Assembly (NCBI GenBank): GCA_030324005.1
Contig: JARDVH010000042.1
Span: forward strand, 64,037,167 to 64,101,166
Source of the DNA: Negaprion brevirostris
Lineage: Eukaryota
Length of the DNA: 64,000 nt
Reading direction: 5' to 3'
The position numbers were made by a program, and so were the translations under genes. Shown here one piece after another: positions 25,205-37,952 of the stretch (positions within the stretch are counted from its first letter, which is position 1; every line of letters begins with the position of its first letter). The notes beneath the pieces were generated by a model. The model was not told the DNA's origin. It ran no database searches and worked only from the letters and a program-made list of their open reading frames with translations.

Positions 25205-26508
25205 CCACTATTCTCGATCATCAGTAAAGTGATGGAAGGGGTCAATTGACACTTAGCAATAACATGATCAGTGATGTCCAATTTAGGCTGTGCCAGGATC
25301 ACTCAGCTCTTGACCTCATTACAGCCTTGGTTCAAACATGGACAAAAGAGCTCAATGCCAGAGGTGAGGTGAGATTGACTGCTCTTTTATCAAGACACCA
25401 TCTGACTGAGTATGGCATCAGGGAGCCCTAGCAAAATTGAAATCAGTATGAATCAGAGAAGTCCCTCCACTGGTCGGAGTAATGCATGGCACAAAGGAAG
25501 ATTGTTGTGGTGATTGGAGGTTAATCATTGCAGCTCCAGGATATCAATGCAGGAGTTCCTCAGGGCAGTGTCCTAGGCCTAATCATTTTCAGCTTCACCA
25601 ATGACCTTCCTTCTATCATAAGGTCAGAAGTGGGGATGTTTGCTGATGACTGCACAGTGATTGGTACCATTCACGACTCTTCAGATACCGAAGCAGTCCA
25701 TGTCCAACTGTGGCAAGCTGTGGACGATATCCAGGCTTGGGCTGACAAGTGGTAAGTACCAGGCAATGGCCAGGCAAGAAAGAATCTAACCTTCACCTCT
25801 TAACATTCAATAGCATTACCAACTTCGAATCCTCCATTATCAACATCCTCTGGATTACCATTGACTAGAAGCTGAACTGGACTAGCCATATAAATACTGT
25901 GGTTACCAGAGCAAGTCAAAGGCTAAGAATCCTGCAGCATGTCACTCACTTCCTGACTCCTCAGAGTCTTTGCACCATCCACAAGACACAATTCAGGAGT
26001 TTAATGGAATGATCTCCACTTGCCTGGATGAATGCAGTTCCAACAACACTAAAGAAGTTCAGTACCATTCAGGACAAAGCACCCCACTTGATTGCTAAAC
26101 CTTCTGGAAACATTCACTTCCCTCCACCATCAAACAGTGACAGCTGTGTGTCCCATCTACAACATGCACTGCAGGAACTCACCTAATTTCCTTAGGCAGC
26201 ACCTCCCAAACACACAACCACTACCATCTAGAAGGACAAGGGCAGCAGACACATGGGAATACCACCACATGGAAGTTTCCCCTCCAAACCACTTACCATC
26301 CTGATTTAGAAATATATTGCCATTTCTCCACTGTCACTGGGTCAAATCTTATAACTCCCTCCCTAACAACACTATGGGTGTACCTACATGTCATGGATTG
26401 CTGCAGTTTAACAAGGCAGCTCTCCACCACCTACTCAAGGGCAACTGAGGATGGGCAATAAATGCTGGCCTAGCCAGCAATAACCACATCCTTTAAGTTA
26501 GTAAAAAA
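25205..26508 (+). mobile_element. CR1/L2-group LINE family B, 5'-truncated, with 3' end
   Basis: RT motifs QDHSALDLITALVQTW, GVPQGSVLG, GMFADD; tail gggcaataaatgctggcc..aaaaaaa. Confidence 0.9.
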
Positions 26509-27719
26509 ATGGTAGTGGAACCTTGCTCACCTTTGTTCAGCTACAGATTAATTAATTACATATTTTACATTCATCATTTACAAATGAAGGGGACTATTTT
26601 ATCATATTGCTAAATTTAAGTTAACAGTATGTCTGCAATAAAGTAATTTGTCTGCAAATAATGAAAAAAAAAAACAAATCCAGATTCTTCTGTAAATCTT
26701 TCCCACCTTCTCCAGTACTGAATCATTTTGGTTGGCTGTTGATCAGGAATGTCACTCATGCTTAACATTTGAGAATGATGTATTTCTGGTATGGTCATGT
26801 TAGCCTATTGGCCAATATTTGTTATACCTATTCACAACTACTTGTAATCTGACCGATTATCTGCGGCCAAAACCAAGTGTTACTCATAGCTGGCAGGTCC
26901 TTAAGGTTCTGTTGATAAAAAAAAATCCTTTCTGACTCAAAAGAATTTAACATGTCAACTTTAAAATCAATTTAAACCACATACTTGAATCCTTTCAAGT
27001 GTCTTCATCCTTATTTCACTGCCCTGCCAATAAAATGACTGTAAACAGAATAGAAAATATGAATTAAAATNNNNNNNGAAGGGGGTGGGGGGGGGGGGGT
27101 TGACTAATTTCTGCTTTATATCTGAGGGATAACAATGGTTCTGTTCCCAAGTAGCATTCCCTGGCTATGTTTCAGAGTTACAAAGTTCCATAAAAGTTCT
27201 AGTTAAATATCTCCAGACATTTTATAGCATACAAATATCAAATTTAATTTCTAAAACTAATAGCTTTTCGACACAAACAGGTGTCATCATTCAACACTGC
27301 CACTGTTTGGAATACCAGACTCTGATTTCATGGACACTCGCAACACATTGTCTCTGTACATCAACATCAAATTCAACCATTTCCATACCATCTGAGGTTG
27401 TTTTCAACCCCCTGATCCATAGAAGCACGAGAACAGTTTGTAGACTTTAGAAATATCGGAAATATTGCTGAATGGATGCTTTTGTCCTGTCTGTGCTAGT
27501 TGAGTGGATAAATGCATTCTTCGTGTGCACAGCATTAGAGGATATGAAGAAAATGTTAAATATAAGTGTGTGAATGTGAGGCAACCATAAAAAGATTGAC
27601 ATGAATCAAAATTGAAGGCTCAATGAGATGCGTAGTTGCAAATTAATATACATTTTGATTTAATACGACAGAACAAAACTAAAATTCAGAATCCCACAAC
27701 AACCAGGACTCTGTTGTAA

Positions 27720-28050
27720 TTAAACACAGCTGGCCAGCGAAGTGAAGCAATAGTATGATTTGCATACAGTGAAAGTGGTTACAGTGAAAACCACCTCAGA
27801 TTTTAATGACATTGTTTTAAATCAACAAAGAGCAAATGTGATGTCATGTCTAGACATCATGCAAATTAAGATGAAAACAATCCAGCCTAAACCAATAAGA
27901 TTAATTTGAATTATAATCCTCCGCCACTGTAGATTAAAGGTTCCTGCAACAAGGCGACTGGATTCACAGTTCCATCTGTGCTCATTACCAATAGCTTGGG
28001 CATGGTTTAATCAGTAGTATTAACTCATTTTGCAGCAGATGTTATCAACA
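27720..28050. promoter_or_regulatory. Candidate POU/Sox/Smad enhancer
   Basis: Octamers ATTTGCAT (27758) and ATGCAAAT (27859), Sox CATTGTT (27810) and AACAAAG (27824), palindromic SBE GTCTAGAC (27848). Confidence 0.4.
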
Positions 28051-28084
28051 GTAATTTTACCCTTTTCTTCAAAGTTCAAAGTGA

Positions 28085-28780
28085 CAAAACAACAACTTTT
28101 ATTTATATAGCACCTTAATATAATGAAACACCGCAAGGTCATTCTCAGGACCATTATAAAACAACTAAACCATATAAGGAGAGATTTGGTCAGATGACCA
28201 ACAAGGGTTTTTGGAGTGTATTAAAGGAAAAATGTGAGGTAGTGAGGCAGATAGGTATAGGGAGGGTATTCCAGAATTTGGGACCTGGACAACCTAAAGG
28301 CATGGCCACCAATACTGCAACAATTAAGATTGGAGACTCAAAGGGTCAGAGTTAGATGCACCTGCAAATCTTGGTGAATTGCTGTTCTATGGAAAATGAC
28401 AGAGATAAGGAGATGTGAGGCTATGGAGGGATTCAACAACAAGAATGAGAATTTGAAAATCAAGGTGCTGTTTGGCCAGGAGACAATGTGGGTCTGTGAG
28501 TGCAGAGGTGATGGAGAAATAGGGCTTGCTACAAGTTAGCCAATGGTTTTGGATGATCTCCAGATTACAGAGTGGAGAATGTGAGACACCAGCTAGGAGT
28601 ACATTAAGATCGTCAAATGTTGAGCTAACAAATGAATGAGGATTTCAGCAGTAAATGTGCTGAGACAACAGCAAAATTGGGTGACATTACAGAGGTAGAA
28701 TTTGGCAACCTTAGTGATGTCACAAATATAAGGTCAGATGCTTATCTCAGGATCAAATGATACAAAGCTTGCAAACTTGA
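28085..28780 (-). mobile_element. L2 LINE 3' remnant
   Basis: Minus-strand DPEIS..ITK..AEILIH and an L2-type tail (..gctatataaataaaagttgttg). Confidence 0.75.
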
Positions 28781-28789
28781 TCATTACCT

Positions 28790-29330
28790 GTAAAATTAAT
28801 TTTATCTAAATATTCCAATTGCGAGTGAACTCTTAATGCATCAACGCATACTTTTCTGCATTATACCTGCCGTGTGCCACCTCATTCCTCCAGTCTATCT
28901 ATATCTTTTTGAAGTTTATCACTGTCCTTCCAGTTATGATTACTTCCAAGTTTTCTGTTATCCACAAATTGTAAAATTGTGTCTTGTACTCCCAAGTCAA
29001 AATCATTAATAAAAATCAAGAAAAGCAGGGATGGTAAAATACCAGCTGCTGGAGAAGACCACATATATTCCTCTAGTCTGAAAAATAAGCATTCACCACT
29101 ATTGCCTGTTTCTTCTCTCACAGCCAGCTTCATACTCACACTGCAACGGCCCCTTTTATTTCATTGGTTTCAACTTTGCTGGCAGGATTTTAATGTGGCA
29201 CTTTACCACATTTTGGTCTTTTAGAAATCCACACACACCACATCAGCCCTCAATAATACTTTCAGTAACCTCAGCAAAAAACTCAATGTAATTAGTTAAA
29301 TATAACTTCAAGTTTTCCTTGTTAATTCTA
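28790..29330 (-). mobile_element. CR1 RT fragment
   Basis: LFLIFINDFDLGVQDTILQFVDNRKLG..LQKDIDRLEE. Confidence 0.85.
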
Positions 29331-30462
29331 AAATCTAGTTAAAAGTGAAATAAATTGTCTTAGTTAAATAATATATTCTGGTCTTTTCGGTTTCTCAAAT
29401 ACTTTCTTCCAAAGGTAGGCTTCTTGACAATATAGACTCATATCTAACTAAGAGGACAATGTTGATCTAACATTATGACCTAATGGTTTAAAGAAGCATA
29501 ATGAACTTCTGCAAAAGATCCCACCTCCATTGACAAGAGCACTTCTTTACTGCATTATTCTGCACTGTAGGGATTCTATGTTTACTCTCTCTGAGATTTA
29601 AAACTGGTTGTAAAATACAAATTTGAACCTTCTCACTCAGACCACAGCTTGCAAGTACACTTAAGGTATTGCTTTGTCTAAAAAATTATCAGGGTACAAT
29701 TCCATTGACAACCTGATTACTTACAACATCTGTCGAGCATACTCTGTATCTGTGTAGGATCTTCTGCACCCTCCCGTCCCTGTCCCCGCCCCAGCCTCAG
29801 CCCCAGCCATCTAAAAGCCTGTGATAATCACTGATGTAATGGTTTAAGGGTTGAAACAATTGGAACAGATAAACTATTCCGAACATTATTTGATAGGCCA
29901 GTTGAACTCATCATGTATGATATCCCTGTCCTTATCTGATGTCCATACAAGCAAAGATTCTAGCATCCATACCTCAAAAGCAATCAGGAACAGGAACACT
30001 TGCAGGGATTTTTTCCAACAGCCTAGCCTAGGTTTCTTGGTTTCAGATGTACAAGATCGACTTGAGTGGGAATCTGCTCAAGGTTAATGAGCATTGGACA
30101 AGTGAGCCCACATTTAGCACTCACATCACTTGCTCCTGTCCAGATTAGTTAGTTCATGTCAGGTTGGAAATCAAGCTTGAATCCTTATTGGTTGCCATAT
30201 TTTGGTTTCATGCAGGTACACTGAAGTTATCGGTGAAGACATTTGACTGCGAGTGTCATCTTTATTTTTTAAAGAATTTTTTCTAAATAAGTATGACACT
30301 CTCTATTTAAGGTGTAATTGATTTACACTGATCTCTATGTGGCTGACTGATTAAATTGGACAACAGAAGTTGAAGAAAAAATTGACTGAAAATATAAGCT
30401 TTGTATATAGTATTTAAATTAAGAATTAATATCAATTTTATTAAAAGACAGAATGCTGTGGT

Positions 30463-30546
30463 CAAACCTTGATGACATCATGGGTAGTTGAAACATATTA
30501 GACCTATTCAGACAAAGCCTGCTGCTGTTAACAAGGCAAATCATGT
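30463..30546 (+). repeat. 84-bp direct repeat, copy 1
   Basis: 81/84 identical to 31702-31785. Confidence 0.95.
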
Positions 30547-31669
30547 TCTGTACCATTACACACCCTCAAGCACTATTTCATTAAAAACATCACAGAATAT
30601 CCCTCACTGCTGAATGTGTTGAAAAATCTGTATATACAAGGGAACACACTGAAAGTTTAAATAGAGAAAATTGTGCAGTAGTCTAAATGTTTCAATGTAC
30701 TAATTCTGTTTAAGTGTTGATTAATGTCAATAGCCTGAACATTTAGCTGTTGGCTGTGCACATTTGGCAGGCCAGGAAGCTGGTGTAAAACATGATTCCA
30801 GCTGTGGTCAGCCCCGGAAGGTGATTTCACACTGGCTGGCCAAATAATGGGCAGCCAGCATGAAAGGCCTGCAATGAGNNNNAAAGCAGGAAGAGGAAGA
30901 GGAAGGTGAAGGTGCAGGCTGGCTCTTCCAATATGCTCCCTCAGGAGTTAAGGCAATGTGGACCTGTCTCAGGGAGCTGCAGAGCTGTAAAAAAATAAAC
31001 AAATTGCAACGGAGAAATACTGCAAAGAGTGTCCAGGTTGTACAGTCAAACACAAGCTTCCATGCCCACACAACTTCTAAAATTTTATTTCAATCCAGGT
31101 TCAAGCTAAAACATTAAAGCAGACTGGTCATGTAAAATAATGTCAGTTGTCTTTAATGAGCTAAGCTGCCTTCTTGGCTGTTGGCGGGTGTGCTTCTGAA
31201 TCCCGACCAAATTGTTGCAACACAGCATGGTGACATTGGGATATACACCCAATGTCTTTTTGTACAATTTCATTTGCTTCCAGGCTGGACTGCCATCTAC
31301 CTGCCTGAGCAATGTAAAATTCTGGCCAATGTAATTTCATCGTTTGCAGTGATTTTCAGCATTTCTCTGATTATCCTATTGCCACATTGTAAGTTTTGTA
31401 AGAGTGCTTCTTCCCAAGAAACTAACCCTTCAGCAGGAGGTGATTTTGGACATCGAGGGCTTTATTTTCATGCTTCTATCCATGCTGGAATGGAGGCTGC
31501 TGATTTTAAAAATGGTGGGTGGATCCGGTTCCCTGATTCCTGTCCCAATTGTCATCTTGTGTGATAAGGGTGCAAATAGCAACCCTGCCCTTACCTCCTC
31601 CATTGCGGGCATGGGCATTTCAGAGCCCCCCGAAACGTTGATGATGTTTGTTGAGTTATTATAAAAGTA

Positions 31670-31916
31670 TAATATTTTGTGCTTATTTACTGCACCAGAC
31701 ACAAACCTTGATGCCATCATGGGTCGTTGAAACATATCAGACCTATTCAGACAAAGCCTGCTGCTGTTAACAAGGCAAATCATGTGCTCATTAATGATTG
31801 GGTAAACATTTTATGGGTTCATTTATTAAGACTAGGCACAGGAGAACAGTTATACACAGATATAAAGCTTGATGACATCAGAGCTGTATGTTGTGCTTAA
31901 AGCAAAAATGTAACAT
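31670..31916 (-). mobile_element. LTR-like repeat carrying copy 2 of the 84-bp repeat (31702-31785)
   Basis: Aligns with ~39805-39981, which lacks the 84-bp block. Confidence 0.6.
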
Positions 31917-31917
31917 A

Positions 31918-32170
31918 GGAGGCGATTTTACCATTCTTTCGTCTAAGTGCTGGGTGGTCTTGAAACTGGGAGAGTTTCAGATCCATCTTTTGGGCATGAT
32001 TTTAGGCCCCCTCCATACATTCTCTGCCTGCAAAATTCTAAGTGAGCCTGTTGCTCACTGCAGAAGCTTGTGGGTGGGGCTTAACACACCCGAAAGCCTG
32101 CAGAGGGAGGCAGTACGCCTGTGCGGCTGCTGATGCTGCACATGTGCATTAGCAGTAGCAGGGGTCTGAC
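31918..32170 (+). mobile_element. Harbinger MITE left end, runs into gap
   Basis: GGAGGCGATTTTACC; body similar to 37953 and 43744. Confidence 0.75.
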
Positions 32171-32270
32171 NNNNNNNNNNNNNNNNNNNNNNNNNNNNNN
32201 NNNNNNNNNNNNNNNNNNNNNNNNNNNNNNNNNNNNNNNNNNNNNNNNNNNNNNNNNNNNNNNNNNNNNN

Positions 32271-33995
32271 GGTGCTCCTGATGTTAACCATGTAAATTAC
32301 AGATGGGTTGCCAATCACATTGGTTGCTTTGTTCTGGATGATGGCTAGATTTTTGAGCTTTCTTGGAGCCACACTCATGCAAGAAATTGTCTTGTGCCTT
32401 ATTGATTATGGACAGACTTTGGGATCAGAAAATGAGTTACACATCTCAGGATTCCTATTCTCTGACCTGCCTTTACAGCCACAATATTTATATGGCTATT
32501 CCAGTTCTGTTCCGTACGACGATAATTCCCGGGATATTGAGTGGGTGATTCATCAGTAGTAATTCTGAAAATTTTCTCCACTTGGAGATGTTTGTTGCCT
32601 GACAGTTGTGTGGTGTGAATATTGCCTACCACTTATCAGCCTAAGTCTGAATGTTGTGCAGATCTTGCTGCATTTGGACAACAACCACTTCAGTCTCTTA
32701 GGGTTGTGAATGAGGCTGAACATTGTGTAATTATCAGTGAATGCCCTCGCTTCTGACTTTATAATGGAGCAAAGGGCATTGATGAAGATGCTTGAGACTA
32801 AACCATTAACCTGAGGAACGCATACAATGATGTCCTGGAACTGAGACAAAGGACTTCCAACAACCACACAGTCCTCTTCTCTGCCTGGTATGACTCCAAT
32901 CAATGGAGAGGTTTCCGCTGGTGCCGACTGATTCCAATTTTGCTCAGGCTCTTTGGTGCCACACTTGATCAAATGCTGCCTTGATGTCATGGGCAGCCAC
33001 TCTCATCTGACCTCTTCAGCTCAGCTCTTTTTTAAATGATTGGCTATAACGAGGTCAGAAGTCACGTGGCCCTGACAGAACTCAAGCATCGATAAGCATC
33101 AGTAAGTTGGTTACGCTATGCAAGCGCCACTTGGTATTACTGCCATTGTTGCAGCTGTGTCACATCATCGGTAGGGATACTTCTGCATCAAAAGTCTTCT
33201 ATATAATTGCTGGAATGTTGTTAGAGCCCATAGCCTTTGCAGAATCCAATCCCATGAACTGTTTCTCTGTATCATATGGACTGAATCAGTTAGGATTATA
33301 TTACTGGACCTCACCAGAATGAGGGGGGATCTCACGGAAACATACAAAATTCTAATAGACCTAGACAGCTTCGACGCAAGAAGGATGTTTCCAATGGTGG
33401 GGGTGTCCAGAACCAAGGATCATAATCTAAGGATATGGGGTAAACCTTTTAGGACTGAGGTGAAGAGAACTTTTTTCCCCTCAGAGAGTGGTAAGCCTGT
33501 GGAATGCTCTACCACAGAAAGCAGTTGAGGCCAAATCATTATGGCCAGAATTTTACCATCTTGCCCACCATGGGAATCAGAGTGGGCGAGGGGCCAATCA
33601 TGGGAAAGTCCATTGACTGTGGCAGGATTTTATGGTTTTGGGATGTATGAGGCCATAAAATCCTACCCTATATGTTTTCAAGAAGGAGTTAGATATGTTT
33701 CTTGGGACAAAGGGAATCAGAGAATATGGCAGGGAGGCAGGATCAGGTTATTGAGTTGAATGATCAGCCATGATCATACTGAATGGTGGAGCAGACTTGA
33801 AGGGCCAAATGGCCTACACCTGCTCCTTTTTTTTATGTTTTGATTAATCAAATTGGTTGAAGTTCGGCTGGGGACATCCGGCCAAGATGGATCATCTGCT
33901 TGGCACTTATAGCTGAAGATGGTCACAAATGCTTCAACATTGTCTTTTGCACTAATGAGCTGGACTTCATCATTGCAGATGGGGATAATTATGGA
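32271..33995 (-). mobile_element. LINE family B remnant interrupted by a CR1 3' fragment (~33290-33840, +)
   Basis: Reverse-complement similarity to 25205-26100; inner CR1 MRGDLTETYKIL..SRTKDHNL with its own tail. Confidence 0.8.
33543..33668 (+). mobile_element. 126-bp mini Harbinger MITE in CR1
   Basis: GGCCAGAATTTTA..TAAAATCCTACCC termini, TAT TSD. Confidence 0.8.
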
Positions 33996-34879
33996 GTCTG
34001 GTGCGAGGGCACAACAATACCTGAAATTTATCTTGCAATAAGCAGTGGATCTTAATGAAGATCTTTCTTTTTTAAATAGTTCCGGCCTGTATTTTGGGTG
34101 TTTATGGATCAGGATGGTCCAACGTTCTGCGAGGGCACTCGATGCAATTTTTTAGATGCTAAGGCATAGCTCTGCCCCTAAAAAATGACTACAGCACCAT
34201 TGAAATTCTAGAAAGGAATTTGCCATATCATCATTATGCTAGCAGTTATGTCTGTCAAATAACAGTTGGTGGAATTCAATGATTGGTGAGGGGGGTAGAA
34301 CTCAGCAGAAGGCCCAAAAATTGATGTCATGCCAACTTGATATTACAGCCAGATCTTCTGATGCTTCCCTCCATGGTGGATCAGGAATCTTGTTGGAGGC
34401 CAGCAGGAAATGATTTGCATCCTGTGTGTGGATCTGGATGAAGGCCTGACCAGAATCCTCCCCCACACCCGAATCTCCACAACTCCAGGACAAAAATTGT
34501 CAGTCTAGAACATACCAAACCAATGGCTGTGCAAAAATTGGGATTTATCGAAAGAAGGCCTGGGGCTGCCTTCAGTTTTCAGGATAGAGTTCACCAGTGA
34601 CCCTAGACTGCAGCTTTAGTAATCAAAGTGGTCCATCTTCCAGCCTCAATGTTCCTGGAGATCCCTTTTTATTCATCGGTGAGTCAGTAACAATTGACAC
34701 CTTTAAAAAAGGGCATCTATAGATGATGGTGGGACATGTGCCATCAAGCCCAACTTGCCACAGAGGCAAGAGCAAAACATCCAGGTACATAATTATTTAT
34801 GCAGTATGTGGAGGATATGGCATGGTTTCCCCTTGGCCCCCATCACAGGGCTTAACTCTGGATGGGAGAATTCTGGATA

Positions 34880-35270
34880 TTCTTTTTATTCTTTCATGGG
34901 ATGTGGGCATCATTGGTAAGACCAACATTTGTTCCCTATCCTGGACTGCCTTTGAACTGAACAGCTGATTGGGCCATTTCAGAGGATAGTTAAGAATGAA
35001 CCATATTGTTATGGGTCTGGAGTCACGTGTAGGCCTGACCAGGGAAGAGTGGCAGATTCCCTCCCGAAATAACATTCGGGAATCAGATGAGTTTTTACGA
35101 CAATTGACAATGATTGCATGATCATTATTACTGAGGTTAGCTTTTCAATTCCAGATTATTATTTGGTTTTAAATGCCACCAGCAGTTGTGGTGGGATTTA
35201 AACACTTGTCCCCATAACATTCGCCTGGGCCTTTGGATTACCAGTCCAATGACATGACCACTACCCCACT
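34880..35270 (-). mobile_element. tRNA-headed SINE with LINE family B tail
   Basis: Minus-strand tRNA-like head with box A/B-like motifs; 3' end matches the family B tail; second copy at ~59010-59582. Confidence 0.75.
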
Positions 35271-37338
35271 GTATGAAAGTTATCATTAAATTGCCATTGA
35301 CTAAGGTCTGGGCATTTCAGTATATGAATGTAATGTATCCTGTAGAGCTGCTTCATTTAGAATTTGAGAGTTCCGCTCCATCAGCCAGGACTCAATGTAA
35401 ATACAACATAAGCTCAGCCAGTATAGGCCCTGATGATCTTTAAGAATACTGTGTTTCTCAACTTAATGTTCTAAGCTTAGCTCAACCAAACAGTTCAGAG
35501 ATTGACACATTGGATTTGCTTCATCAGGATCTGGTTAAGAAGTCGGCTGAAAGAAATGAAGCAGAAACGTGTACTGTCAAACTGAATGAGGATTGAGTGG
35601 ACTCCTGCTCCTTAGACCCTTGGGGCCTAAATTAAATTTCTCTCCTCTTTCGGTTGCCAAAAGAACTCTATTTTCAATTTGAACCTGAACTCCTCCTGTT
35701 GACTTTCGTAATGAACCCCACGCCAATATACAACCTCTTAGAGAATCTTTTCCGTCGAGGTTTCCTACTGCAAACAAGTCCTTTGCAAATGAGCCTCAAT
35801 ATAATACCTTGATATAAAACCTATCCCTTTACCATTGCTCAATGTAAGCTAAGGTTTCTTCTTGTCCATTCCGCATACATTTTAGCTGCAGCCCCGACTC
35901 CCATTTCCTCACCACAACCTCTAGATTTTGCCCTGTTCTCCTGTCTTCATGTTCATTACCACCCCTCCTCTCAACTATGCCCAATTCACATGCTCCAGCC
36001 CCAACACTCCAACCCAACTGCCTCAACTTCTGCACCTCATTATCTTCCCAATATGCCTTCTCTGTGAGATTAATCTCTCTAACATTTTCCTAATCGAGCT
36101 ATCATCCTACAGATGCTACCGCTAGGGTAGTAATCGCTAATGCACTCTCTACCCTCCTCCACAACATTTGTGTCCTGAAGAGTGAGTATTTTTTCAATGA
36201 ATATTTCATTGAGTTATTTTATGATAACTTGATACTGAGCAGGGAATGCCCTGGTGCCACACACCAGTGTTTAGCTGAACAGCACTGTGCTGTGAGACTC
36301 ATGCAGCCACTACAACAAATATGTGATGTTAAATCGAGACCGGTGCAGGGTGTGAAGAGAAGGGGGTGGGGGGGGTGCAGATGGGGGTGTAGTGTGTGGC
36401 GTTGTGGCCCGACAAAGACAAGGGAGGGCAATGTGGGGGGTGGGAAGGGCTGTGCAAGGGGGGAGGTGGAAGGTCAAGGACTCACAATGGCAGGCAAAGG
36501 GGTAAGGAGGTGGATGAAGAAGGAGAACAATAGAAGTCAGAGAGAAGTTGGACCCAACAAGATTGTATAAAATGCTCATGGACGAGAGGTCAATTGGATA
36601 CCACCTCGTTTATTGGAGGGAGATGAATGAAGACTATAAAGGCAATGGATAAAGGTCCAAGTGGAACACCGTCACCTCCCAGATGATGGGCTTGGTGGGC
36701 GTGGGGGTGCTTGGGGAAGGGTGGGGTGATGGTTCAATCGAGGAATAGTCTTTTCAAGGCTACTAGCCTTTTTTCTCTGGGTTGCTGACATCCTGCATGG
36801 TCTGATGAAGATAGGTAGGCTACGGAGAGTGATATGAGTGTACGGGGCTGGCATTTAAATATGGTGCTGGGGCCTTCAAACCCATCATTAGAGGGAAGGA
36901 GATGAATCAGCTGTCAGCCTGCCAGGAGCATTGAAGAGGAACTGGAGTGTGCACAGTTAATGAGGCAGTTCAAGTGCAAAATCTGGCAATGGGCTATTTT
37001 GGTCAGCTGGACATGCATTGGAGGTATTTGCCACTGCACCCAGTCTCAAAATGAGAGAAATCTAATTCATCACTCTTATATCTCTTTAAACACTGGCATA
37101 CTGGCATTGAAACCAATCCACAGAGTTTGTCATCACAAATGCTCAGGCGAATTAGTCAGAAAATGCTATGATAAAACGGTAATGTAGTAGCTGGATTAAT
37201 AAGTGACTGGAGGATGTGCTGCTCTTTCAGGTTTCTTGTGCGCTTCTGAATTTCCCCTGCACATCACCAACTTAATGTCAGGGCCATGTTTGTCATTGAT
37301 AACAGCAAGTGTTTGCTTGCTAACCAATGTGTTGAAAA

Positions 37339-37659
37339 GGGCAGCATGGTAGCACAGTGGTTAGCACTGCTGCCTTATAGTGCCGGTGACCCAGGTTCAA
37401 TTCCTGCCTTGGGTCAGTACTTGTGTGGAGTTTGCATGTTCTCCCAGTGTCTGCATGGGTTTCCTCCTGGTGCTCCAGTTTCCTCCTACAGTCTGAAGAT
37501 GTGTGGATTAGGTTGATTGGTCATGCTAAATTGTCCTTTAATGTCAGGGGGGTTGGCGGGGTAACTATGTGGATTTACGGAAATAGGGCCTGGGTGGGAT
37601 TGTTGTTGATGCAGTCCTGATTGGCCAACTGGTATCATTCTGTCCTGTAGGGATTCTAT
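37339..37659 (+). mobile_element. Full-length HE1/V-SINE
   Basis: tRNA head (tggtagcacagtgg..ggttcaattcc), V-domain gtgtggagtttgcatgttctcc..gggtttcctcc, CR1-type tail ggattctatg. Confidence 0.9.
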
Positions 37660-37786
37660 GACTGGAATTTTACCACCCTGCCCGCCATGGGAATCGTAGC
37701 GGGCAAAGCACAAGCCATGCTAATTTCTGTTGACGTTGGGCAGGATTTTCCACCTTTGGAGCGAGCACAGCTGGAAAATCCCACCC
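37660..37786 (+). mobile_element. 127-bp mini Harbinger MITE
   Basis: TAT TSD; homologous to 33543-33668. Confidence 0.8.
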
Positions 37787-37952
37787 TATGTTTCTACCTT
37801 TGTATAACATAATAACTATATTATTATTTAATATCAAAGACAGTTGACAATCTTAACTGCTATCGGATGTACTGTTCCTGATGTGGAAATTGTCTAAAAA
37901 TGTTTATATAGAAATGTGTAGAACTCTGTAACTATTTACATACTCACACAGA

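Noticed and set aside
27078-27098. G-run with G-quadruplex potential
   Set aside because: Adjacent to Ns; homopolymer length is unreliable.
37339-37410. tRNA-like sequence
   Set aside because: SINE head continuing into the V-domain; not a tRNA gene.
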